This document shows, piece by piece, positions 17,403-26,060 of a DNA stretch of 29,004 nucleotides. Made by a program: the position numbers and the translations under genes. The notes beneath the pieces were generated by a model that was given only the letters and a program-made list of their open reading frames with translations, did no database searches and was not told where the DNA came from. This stretch comes from a virus (lineage: Duplodnaviria > Caudoviricetes): IMG/VR virus record IMGVR_UViG_3300020045_002658, positions 1 through 29,004 of that record; one strand, given 5' to 3'. Each line of letters starts with the position of its first letter. Within the stretch, counting starts at the first letter, position 1.

Positions 17403-18185
17403 ATAAAAGGCTGTGAATAGTGAAAATCCTGTGTTTGGTGAAGGATTTGAACTTGTGCAATATTGGAACACGTTGAAATTTATGTACTTGGAAATAGGCT
17501 TAAATTGGTTGAGAGTGTACCTATATATATAGGTATAACTAATCATCGAAGTAATGACATAAGAATGCCAGTACTGCTATAAGTAAAAAGGTTGGAAATG
17601 AGAACATTAGTGATAGGTTTAAAGGGTTATGGTTAGAAGTGGTTAGAATATATTGATGTAATAGGCTGATAATGAGTGTAAATTGTGATAGTATGATGAT
17701 ATTAAAGGGGATATGTTGTAATAGAGTGTAAATGAAGGGGTTGAAGGGAATAAATTGAGATTATAGTATGATATGTGGAAATGAGGGAATTAATGAGGTA
17801 AGATGGAGAAGGAGTTAAACGGGTATGTCAACTGAAATTGGAGGGTTATGGAGATGAGTAGATATATAGGTATGTACTCCTGTAGCTGTATAGCTGTCAC
17901 TCTCTGTCAATAATATAATATAATCTCCATAAGGCTACCTGTTATCTTATCCTTAATACTTACTATAGTAAGCACCGTCAATTGGATGGAGATTATATCA
18001 TTATTATTACAGCATAACAGTCTAGGGATAGCAGTAAATTAACCACAACCATGCTATCCCATAATCAACTGTCATTCTATCACCAAGCCTCTTTTAACCC
18101 AGTAATATATTCTTATCTCTTTTTACCTCTATACTACCAGTTTATTCTGTGGTATTATTGATAGTATAGGGCAAAGAGTAATCTA

Positions 18186-18866
18186 TTATTTTTTAAACTT
18201 AGCGTCAAACTCTTTAACAGTCATAGGTTGAACACTTTTACTACCGACATCTAAATCATCTTGACAAGCTTTAGTAATAGGATCAAATCCAATTGGTTCA
18301 TAAGTATCACGTTCTAATACTATTTCTTTCTTAGCATTAGTTAGCTTATCTTTAATAGCCTCTTGTGTAGTCTTAACTCTAGCCGTTCTATTAGACATAT
18401 CTTTATAACTTTCGTTAGGTGTAACAGGTTCTGCTATTCTACTATATTCAAGCCATCTTTTAATACGCTCTTTTAAGTCAGCGTGCTTAGGATTTAAGAA
18501 CTCATTAATAAGTTCTTCTTTTTTATCAGTACTACTTGTATTTCTTAATAGTTTACATAAATCATTATACTTCTCTTCTTCATTATACTTAATAAGTTGT
18601 CTATTTCTATAGTCAAGCTTCCATTTAATGTAATAAGTATAAGAAAGTGTAAAGGCTTTTATAGCATTAGCTATACATAGTAGTGCAAGAGCAATTAAAA
18701 TAGTACCTTGAACAGCAAATGTTATTCCAAAGTTAATAGGCTCTTTATCAGAAGTGGTTGTAAAGAATGTGGTTATGTAGTTAATAGATATAACTGCATA
18801 TCTTAGTAGTAATACTGAGATGAATAGGTATAATATACCTAATAATGATAGTTTAATTGTTTTCAT
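18186..18866 (-). CDS. Membrane protein with two N-terminal TM helices and a soluble C-terminal domain
   Basis: Hydrophobic segments at about aa 5-35 and 45-75, followed by a charged helical region. Confidence 0.7.
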   Translation of the reverse strand: MKTIKLSLLGILYLFISVLLLRYAVISINYITTFFTTTSDKEPINFGITFAVQGTILIALALLCIANAIKAFTLSYTYYIKWKLDYRNRQLIKYNEEEKYNDLCKLLRNTSSTDKKEELINEFLNPKHADLKERIKRWLEYSRIAEPVTPNESYKDMSNRTARVKTTQEAIKDKLTNAKKEIVLERDTYEPIGFDPITKACQDDLDVGSKSVQPMTVKEFDAKFKK

Positions 18867-18933
18867 GTGTATGTGAATTAGTGTTAGTTGTTATAATGTG
18901 AGTTTGATTAGTAATCTGAGTTTGATGAGAGGT

Positions 18934-18951
18934 AAAAAGGACAACGTGTCC
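18934..18951 (-). terminator. Probable terminator after 19055..19687
   Basis: Minus strand GGACA-cgt-TGTCC followed by TTTTT. Confidence 0.5.
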
Positions 18952-19054
18952 ACATGGTCAAGACGTTCCTATTGGCACGTACAGTAACCACACTGTAACC
19001 ACATGGTATGGACGCCCAATAAGGACGTCCAATTTCATGTAGTAACCACAAAGC

Positions 19055-19687
19055 TTACTTCGTAGTAGTTTCTTTTGATGCTTTAGCATCAACTACTGGT
19101 GCAGTAACTTCAGGAAGAGCACCAAAGGCATTCTCCGCAACAGGTTCCGCAACAACTTGTGGAGTTTCTACAACAGGAGGAGCAACAGAAGCTGGTAAAC
19201 CAATACCAAATAAACCTTGCATGATAATCAATGGATTAGCACTAGCAAGGAAAGCTTTTTGAGCGTTCTCCAAATCAGTTAATGGGAACGTTACGAATCC
19301 CTCGATACGAGAACCTTTCTTTTCAGTGAAAAGAATCTCTCCAATTTTAGCTTCACCACGTAATACAGCAGAAGATACTTCTGTAGCAACGTATTCAGCA
19401 CCAGCATCGTAGAACGTAACATCAGCAAAACCTGTTTTACCAACTAGTCCAATGATAGTCTCACGGAACAAGTTAAGCATGATAGGATTAGCACTATCAA
19501 CTCCGTTATCAAATAGACCAGAAGGAATATTAGATGCACGAGCTGATTTATGCAAGTCAAGCAATGCTTGTTTACAAGTTCTAGCAAGTTGTTCTTGTTT
19601 TCCATTAACAGTAACAGTTAGACCTACGAAAGCCTCTATACCTTGTTTCGTAATAATGTCTGCGGCGATAACATTGAATGTTTTCAT
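19055..19687 (-). CDS. Hypothetical protein, first gene of the leftward arm
   Basis: 210 aa, visibly higher GC than its neighbours, with a Pro/Ala/Val-rich disordered tail. Confidence 0.8.
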   Translation of the reverse strand: MKTFNVIAADIITKQGIEAFVGLTVTVNGKQEQLARTCKQALLDLHKSARASNIPSGLFDNGVDSANPIMLNLFRETIIGLVGKTGFADVTFYDAGAEYVATEVSSAVLRGEAKIGEILFTEKKGSRIEGFVTFPLTDLENAQKAFLASANPLIIMQGLFGIGLPASVAPPVVETPQVVAEPVAENAFGALPEVTAPVVDAKASKETTTK

Positions 19688-20202
19688 AATAAATGTATTT
19701 AAGATTAATAAGTTACGAATGGATTACTAAGTGGTTAAGCTTCTGTAACACAACCTATCATTGGATTCTACAATCCTAAAGTTATACTGTCTCAATAACC
19801 ATGTTTGGTTTTAAGTTCAGAAGCTCCACAAAGTGGACGGGGTATTCAATTTCCCCGAAAAGACGTGGGGGTAGTTACACGGGTGGTGTCATAAGCATAC
19901 GACTCATAATATTTTTAATCCTCTCCACATTCTCCTCTATCACCCTCTCAACTATCATCTCCTAATCCAACTAATGTCAACATCTTTCCATATAATACTC
20001 CAAGTATTTTATAATATTTTTTTTTTACCTTATCCCAATCTCAACCACCATATAAAATTCTACCATTTAAATTCTCACAATTATTACCTTAACCGACATA
20101 TTATTAACAATACTAAGTACACCGGTATTATCATATATACTATCATGTATAATATTACCATTTATTCCTATATTTTTTATATATTTTTTTTATCACTAGA
20201 TG

Positions 20203-20464
20203 TATATATAGTAATATGTGTATGATGATATATAAGATTGCCCTTAGTGGAGAGTTTATTCGAGTTAGTAACTTTAACAAAATTTTAACATAATAAAGAT
20301 GGATTTGTATTTGTTAAAATCTTATATTGGTATATATATAAATATATATAGTAATACCTATGTATATGTATATATAGTAATATATAATACCTCAGTCGAT
20401 CAGACTCTCGTCTATGGGCAGGCTGTTACAAATCGAACGACATACGATATTATATATAGTATTA
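20203..20464 (+). repeat. Iteron-like direct repeats TATATATAGTAATA
   Basis: Exact copies at 20203, 20343 and 20369; one-mismatch copy at 20451. Confidence 0.6.
20237..20422. repeat. Imperfect inverted repeat, 27-bp arms, 132-nt spacer (expanded copy)
   Basis: Arms ATTGCCCTTAGTGGAGAGTTTATTCGA and TCGATCAGACTCTCGTCTATGGGCAGG match the reverse complement of the 15187-15245 arms at 24/27 and 22/27. Confidence 0.85.
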
Positions 20465-20598
20465 CACATGGAACTGGGGTTATTACTAAAGGTATTCATA
20501 CTTATGCCTAAGTAGTTGCCCCTCGTCCGCCACTTTCAAACATAAATTAACATGAAACAATAATAAATTTTACTAACCTAAATTAATTCATAGTAACG

Positions 20599-21120
20599 AT
20601 GGCAAACAATACTATCCCTCAACAACTTCTTATGTATAGAAGTTTACTTACTGATTCCCTTAATGCCCTAACTAATGAAATGTACGCTAATAACATTAAA
20701 ACAAGTTATAAGTGTGACTTCATTGCTGTACCTAAAGCAGCTTATCCATCTTTTGTAAATCCACATAAACCTCTATACTTATTTAGAGTATTTGCGATAG
20801 ATAAATCTAATAATCCAATTGGAGAGACTCACTACCTTTACAACCAATATTATTCTAAAGATACTCTTGAATCTATATTTACTATAGAAACTAAGGCTCT
20901 TAAAGAATGGTTTGTTATGGCTTCTAAAGCTTTGTATAACTGTATGCATGATATGTATATAGAGGAGGCTAAACAAGTACAAGCAATTAAAGACTCTCGT
21001 GCTGCTGAAGGTATTACACAAGAGAATATTAAAGCACAAGTTGTTATGCAAGATACTAATACTGTTAAACAACAAGAGGCTAAAATTTTACAAATGATGC
21101 CTAAAATTATTAAGGATTAA
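20599..21120 (+). CDS. Hypothetical protein, first gene of the rightward arm
   Basis: 173 aa with an A-rich leader. Confidence 0.75.
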   Translation: MANNTIPQQLLMYRSLLTDSLNALTNEMYANNIKTSYKCDFIAVPKAAYPSFVNPHKPLYLFRVFAIDKSNNPIGETHYLYNQYYSKDTLESIFTIETKALKEWFVMASKALYNCMHDMYIEEAKQVQAIKDSRAAEGITQENIKAQVVMQDTNTVKQQEAKILQMMPKIIKD

Positions 21121-21122
21121 GT

Positions 21123-21557
21123 ATGAAGATTGATAATACTTTAGCTAGGATAATAACAGAAGTCCAAAAGGCTGTAGCAGATAAGTATGGTATAGATTTA
21201 AACTTTGATCAAGTACATGAAGTAGTAGAAGTTCAATTGACTTCTACTGCTTATGGTTTAGCTAGAAATATACCTACTCATTGGAGAGGTTTCTTAAAGT
21301 TCGTATGGACTAATAAGAGAGCGAGACAAGCTAAGTTTAATGAACTATTTGCTTCTATTGATGCACAATCTCATAACCTTACTGATAAAGAACGTGATTA
21401 CTATACATATCTAGCAGGTGTTGCAGCTGGTTCTGCAAGACAAGAGTTAGATGTATTAGGACGTAATGCTAAAGCACTTACTACAGAAGAAGTAAAAGCT
21501 ACTCCTACTGACAATAATAAGTTTAGACAATTTACTTGTTTAATTAAACAACGATAG
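21123..21557 (+). CDS. HU/IHF-like DNA-binding protein
   Basis: 'IITEVQKAVADKYGIDLNFDQVHEVVEVQL...LARNIPTHWRGFLKF' follows the HU/IHF helix-helix-strand 'GFGxF' pattern. IHF-like genes are known in crAss-like packaging modules. Confidence 0.55.
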   Translation: MKIDNTLARIITEVQKAVADKYGIDLNFDQVHEVVEVQLTSTAYGLARNIPTHWRGFLKFVWTNKRARQAKFNELFASIDAQSHNLTDKERDYYTYLAGVAAGSARQELDVLGRNAKALTTEEVKATPTDNNKFRQFTCLIKQR

Positions 21558-21559
21558 TT

Positions 21560-22228
21560 ATGGTAAGACATTATGTAGGAGAAGAAGATAATGAACTTGT
21601 AGTATTAAAAAAGGATTGTTATTTAGTACCAGAGTTTAAAGCTTTATTTGATAGAGATAAAGGATGTAAAGAAGACCCTAGAGGTAGAAAGCAAATGGTA
21701 GCTTGTGCTGAGATGAAATACATATATTATTATAATGACCCTCGTAGTGATTATTATAATACCCCTCTTAGTGCTTCATTAGAAACTGTAACAGACCTTA
21801 GTGGTATACCTAAAAATTGGAAGATAGATAAAGTATTCGAACAGGCTGTTACTAAATATAAAGAACTACAAAGACTTAGTTCTGCCGGTAAAGCTTATTT
21901 CTCTGCTGACGCTGCTCTATATGATTTAGGTGTTGATACTCATGAATTATTAGAAATAGTTAGGGAACACAAAAGTGACCTTAGATTAGAAATAAAACAA
22001 AGACAAAAAAAGTCAAAAGAATATACTTTAGAAGATTTAGAATTTGTGACTAAGTTAATAAACAAATTAGACCATATTACTAAGACTCAAGATACAATTA
22101 TAAATACAATTAATAAACTACCTAAACTTATTATTACTATTAAGACCTTGAAAGAACAATATGCTCAAGAGGATAATGAACATCAAACTGTAGTAGGAGA
22201 TAGAGAACTAGGTAATAGAGAAGCTTAA
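21560..22228 (+). CDS. Conserved-looking helical protein, putative terminase small subunit
   Basis: 222 aa, 'PEFKALFDRDK...YIYYYNDPRSDY' followed by a coiled coil; lies upstream of terL. Confidence 0.45.
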   Translation: MVRHYVGEEDNELVVLKKDCYLVPEFKALFDRDKGCKEDPRGRKQMVACAEMKYIYYYNDPRSDYYNTPLSASLETVTDLSGIPKNWKIDKVFEQAVTKYKELQRLSSAGKAYFSADAALYDLGVDTHELLEIVREHKSDLRLEIKQRQKKSKEYTLEDLEFVTKLINKLDHITKTQDTIINTINKLPKLIITIKTLKEQYAQEDNEHQTVVGDRELGNREA

Positions 22229-22229
22229 T

Positions 22230-23201
22230 ATGGAACCATTAATAAATAGCCAAGCCAAAGAATTAATCTTTACTGAACACGATCATAAGTATCGTGATGA
22301 AAATAATATTGTATATACATCTGTTACTACCCTTATAGAGAAGTATAAAGCTAAATATGATAGAGAGTTTTGGAGTATGTATAAAGGTCTTAAAGAAGCG
22401 GGGTATAGACTTAAACCTTATCCTGAAGAACAAGCTATTAGATTAGGTAGTGTTAAATACAAACTAGCTGATTTAAAGAAAGAAACTTATTATGTACAAC
22501 TACAAGACCTTATGAAAGCTAAGTGGGATTTAAAAACTACCGAGGCTTGTATGAGAGGTAACAGTATTCATAATAATATAGAATCTAATATTAATAAAAG
22601 TAGATTTGATGAAGCTGCTAGAGATAATGATTTAATTACTTATGAATCTAATCCTTTTAAGTTTGGTAAGAACATAAATAGTTTAAATGATTTAGATGCT
22701 TCTAAGTTTAATACTGAACACCCTTTTATATATAATAAATTAAAACCTCTTGTAGAAGCTGGGGCAACAGTTTTTGCAGAGAAAAGAGTTTATCTATCTA
22801 AGTATAGACTTGCAGGTACAATTGATTGTCCTATTATAAAAGGTAAATACTTTTGTATTTTAGATTGGAAATCTAATGCTGCTGATATGCATGATACACC
22901 TGGTTATTATCAGAGTGTTAAGATAGATAATGAATGGGTAAAATCAGATACTTGGATAATAACAGAAGATAAGTTTGCTGACCCTATTGGTCATATACCA
23001 GCTTCTAAGTTTCATACATACTGTTTACAATTATCTATTTATGCTTATATTATGGAACAATGGGGATATACACTTATACCTAATGGTCTTGCCATCGTCC
23101 ATTATCCTCTTAACAAAGAGCCTGTATATCTCCAAGTTCCATATCTTAGAAATGAAGTAATAGCCTTACTTACTGACCATAAAAGAAAGCTCTCTGTATA
23201 G
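22230..23201 (+). CDS. PD-(D/E)XK (RecB/Cas4-like) nuclease
   Basis: 'HKY...SVTTLI', 'RGNSIH', 'AEKRVY...AGTIDC...ILDWKSN', 'YCLQLSIYAY'. Confidence 0.85.
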   Translation: MEPLINSQAKELIFTEHDHKYRDENNIVYTSVTTLIEKYKAKYDREFWSMYKGLKEAGYRLKPYPEEQAIRLGSVKYKLADLKKETYYVQLQDLMKAKWDLKTTEACMRGNSIHNNIESNINKSRFDEAARDNDLITYESNPFKFGKNINSLNDLDASKFNTEHPFIYNKLKPLVEAGATVFAEKRVYLSKYRLAGTIDCPIIKGKYFCILDWKSNAADMHDTPGYYQSVKIDNEWVKSDTWIITEDKFADPIGHIPASKFHTYCLQLSIYAYIMEQWGYTLIPNGLAIVHYPLNKEPVYLQVPYLRNEVIALLTDHKRKLSV

Positions 23202-23212
23202 AGGGCTTTTAT
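23186..23212 (+). terminator. Terminator-like hairpin overlapping the nuclease stop codon
   Basis: AAAGCTCTCT-gtat-AGAGGGCTTT followed by T/A-rich sequence. Confidence 0.55.
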
Positions 23213-23235
23213 TATTAACCCCTAATTGAAATATT

Positions 23236-23679
23236 ATGACTAATGCTTTATTTTTAGACTTACCTAATATAATCAAAACTAATAGTAAACAAGACTTTCC
23301 TTTACATAGAGAAGATTGGTATATCCCACAAGCAGTTAAAGATACTATTAAGAAGCATCTTGAATTTAATTATAAAATACTTCTAGTAGGTAATTATCCT
23401 GAGGTTTATGTAAATAAACGTCACGCTAATCCTATAGAGAATCTTATGGCTAATATCGCAGAAACTTTAGAAATAGAATTTAAGTTACCTATTAATAGTA
23501 TAGCTTATGATTATTCTACAGATCCAGATTCTTTTGAGTATTTACCTTTACCTGGTATGTTTTATAACCTTGCTTATGAACACGAGATATTATTAGGTTA
23601 TTCTTTTATTATTACTAGTGCTACTGTAGGTAAGTTTATACAACAATATTCAGGTATTAAACCTGCTATAGCAAAATAA
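23236..23679 (+). CDS. Degenerate HAD-IIIA (DNA 3'-phosphatase/GmhB-like) protein, probably inactive
   Basis: 'ALFLDLPNIIKTNSKQDFPLHREDW' matches 'FDLDGTLIKTKSG..FP....DW', but DxD is DLP, KPxPGM is LPLPGM, and there is no GD motif. Confidence 0.65.
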   Translation: MTNALFLDLPNIIKTNSKQDFPLHREDWYIPQAVKDTIKKHLEFNYKILLVGNYPEVYVNKRHANPIENLMANIAETLEIEFKLPINSIAYDYSTDPDSFEYLPLPGMFYNLAYEHEILLGYSFIITSATVGKFIQQYSGIKPAIAK

Positions 23680-23680
23680 T

Positions 23681-26041
23681 ATGAGAAGGTCAGATTCAGA
23701 AGCTTATGATTTAGTAGCTAAATTAGAAGCAGTATTACCAACTTTACCTATTAATAATAACGTATATCATACTCCTTTTACATCTGTACCTTATATTAAT
23801 CCTGAGAGTGACCAAGAGGACGCTTTAGAGATGTTTGACTTTGAAGATATTGCTTTTGTTAATACCTCTGAAGCATCTAGTACTGCTGCTCATTTTAAAA
23901 AGCATGGTTGTTATACTAAACTACATCCTAAATGGGATAGACGTGAATACAATGCTTTTTGGGATGAAGAGGAGCGTAAATGTAAAGAAGGACTTGTACT
24001 TCCAGGTAAACTCTTTAAGAATGATAAAGGTTTATATGAGATACAAAAAGTACATATAACTGGAGAGCATTATGGGTATCTTAATTATTCTAAGATTAAA
24101 GCTTCTGCTGAATTTGATACTAAGAAAGGAATTTTATATAGTCCTAATGGAGAAGCTATAGCTAAAACTGAACAAGGGATTGTAGATAAGTCTGCTCTCT
24201 TTCCTTCTTTTTGGGATGGAGACTATTATTTCTTTAAATCTTTAGAACTTGCTAGACGTGTAGGACGTCACGTAGTTGTAGGTAAAGCTAGACGTAAGGG
24301 TTATTCTTATAAAAATGGTTGGATTGTAGCTAATAGAGCTAACTTATATAGAAATAGTGTATCTGTTGTATCTGCATATGATGGAGCCTCTTTATTTGAA
24401 GATGGTACTATGAATAAGGTTATGGCATTTTTAGATAATCTAAATGACCATACTGATTGGTCTAAAGGACGTTTACATAATGCTCTTGAACATATAGAGA
24501 TTGGTTATAGAATGAGGGGGAATCCTGCTAAGAAGGGTTTCCTATCAAAAATATATACTGCTATCTTAGGTAAAGATGGTGGTAAAATACGTGGTAAAGA
24601 TGCTTCTATTATCCTTATTGAAGAAGCTGGTAAATGTGCTAACCTTACAGATGTACTTGATGCTACCCTTAAATCATTAGAAGATGGATCATTAATGACT
24701 GGTCTTATGATTGTATTTGGTACTGGTGGTGGACAAGAAACAGCTTGGGCAGGTTTTGAGGATTTATTCTATAATGTTATATCTCGTAAATTCCTTGCAT
24801 TTGTAAACAATTGGGATGAAGATTCTACAGATGATTATTGTGGTTTCTTTCACCCTTGTTTTATGTCTAAACCAGGTTTATACAAAGGAGAGCCTCTTAT
24901 AGATAGACATGGTAATAGTAATGTTAAAGCTGCTATTGCTTTTGAGAAAGATGAGTTAAGACGTTATGGTAATGATGATGGTAAGATTACTGCTCACCTT
25001 ATGGAAGAACCTCCTTCCCCTTCTCACGCTTTTAGTAGAGCTAAAAGTGTTATCTTTAATTCACAATTACTTGATGCTCAATTTAAGAAAACAGTTAAGA
25101 TAAATAGTAAGAATCCTGTTGGACGTGAAGGTATGTTTACTAATACTGGTACTAGAATAGTATTTAAAGATAGAGCCTTAATGGAAGAGGAAGAAGCTTT
25201 AGCTACACCTAAAGCTATTAAGAATTATCCTGTATCTAAAGCTGATGATGTTAGAGGTTGTTGGGTAATATATGATGAACCTTATCGTGATCCTGCAACA
25301 GGGCGTATACCAGAACACCTATATCATACATGGAATGACCCTTTTGCTATATCTAAAACTAAAGAGACTTTTAATGTTAGAGATTCCTTAGCTTGTACTA
25401 TTATATACGAAGCTGCTAATAATATCACAATGTCTAAGGGTGATAAGATTGTTGCTGTATATGTTGGTAGAACTGAGGATACTACTGATTACGACTTACA
25501 AATGTTCTTGGGTGCTTCCTATTATAATAGTAAGATACTATATGAGAATGATAGAGGTGATGTGTATGGAAACGCTTTGAAATTAGGCTTTTTAAACCTC
25601 TTAAAAACTGAAACGACCTTTCAACATCAAAAAGATTTACAAAAAGGTGGAATGGGCAGGAAATACGGTATATCGATAGCCTCGAACCCTAATAGAAAAG
25701 CAACGGGAATCGTGTATTTGAAAAACTGGTTAATAACTCCAAGAGGTAAAGATATACACGGAAATACCATATTAAATTTGCATTTAATATATGATTTACC
25801 TATATTGAAAGAGTTATTAAAATATGATGGTTCTAAGAATGCTGATAGAGTGTCATGTTTGATAATAGGAATGTTTGATATTAAAGAGGCTCTTTTTAAG
25901 AATCAAGTACCCGAAAAACCACAAGTTAATATAGATAATTATTTCAATAATCCTTTTGATTATAATTTAGATAATGATAACTCAATATATAATGAGGATT
26001 CTAAGAGTATAGAAGGAGTACCGTTCGACCCTTATTTCTAA
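23681..26041 (+). CDS. terL: Terminase large subunit
   Basis: Walker A 'KARRKGYSY', Walker B 'ILIEEAG', coupling motif 'FGTGG', nuclease acidic residues 'NDPF', 'YEND' and 'NADRVS'; directly upstream of the portal. Confidence 0.93.
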   Translation: MRRSDSEAYDLVAKLEAVLPTLPINNNVYHTPFTSVPYINPESDQEDALEMFDFEDIAFVNTSEASSTAAHFKKHGCYTKLHPKWDRREYNAFWDEEERKCKEGLVLPGKLFKNDKGLYEIQKVHITGEHYGYLNYSKIKASAEFDTKKGILYSPNGEAIAKTEQGIVDKSALFPSFWDGDYYFFKSLELARRVGRHVVVGKARRKGYSYKNGWIVANRANLYRNSVSVVSAYDGASLFEDGTMNKVMAFLDNLNDHTDWSKGRLHNALEHIEIGYRMRGNPAKKGFLSKIYTAILGKDGGKIRGKDASIILIEEAGKCANLTDVLDATLKSLEDGSLMTGLMIVFGTGGGQETAWAGFEDLFYNVISRKFLAFVNNWDEDSTDDYCGFFHPCFMSKPGLYKGEPLIDRHGNSNVKAAIAFEKDELRRYGNDDGKITAHLMEEPPSPSHAFSRAKSVIFNSQLLDAQFKKTVKINSKNPVGREGMFTNTGTRIVFKDRALMEEEEALATPKAIKNYPVSKADDVRGCWVIYDEPYRDPATGRIPEHLYHTWNDPFAISKTKETFNVRDSLACTIIYEAANNITMSKGDKIVAVYVGRTEDTTDYDLQMFLGASYYNSKILYENDRGDVYGNALKLGFLNLLKTETTFQHQKDLQKGGMGRKYGISIASNPNRKATGIVYLKNWLITPRGKDIHGNTILNLHLIYDLPILKELLKYDGSKNADRVSCLIIGMFDIKEALFKNQVPEKPQVNIDNYFNNPFDYNLDNDNSIYNEDSKSIEGVPFDPYF

Positions 26042-26060
26042 TTAGATAAACAATATACAA

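Noticed and set aside
18950-19050. Mini-CRISPR array from the GTAACCACA repeats
   Set aside because: Repeats are only 9 bp with irregular spacing. The PD-(D/E)XK nuclease lacks a clear Cas4 four-cysteine cluster and is distant.
17316-20511. ORFs 17316..17546, 19974..20225 and 20299..20511
   Set aside because: Tyr/Ile-rich translations of low-complexity TA or skewed DNA overlapping promoter and repeat elements.
13268-20598. tRNA genes in the non-coding gaps
   Set aside because: No cloverleaf with a GTTCRA T-arm and acceptor stem was seen by eye; tRNAscan-SE or ARAGORN would settle it.
6408-26041. Inteins or introns in polA or terL
   Set aside because: Both ORFs are uninterrupted, motifs are normally spaced, and no intein splice-junction or homing endonuclease motifs were seen.
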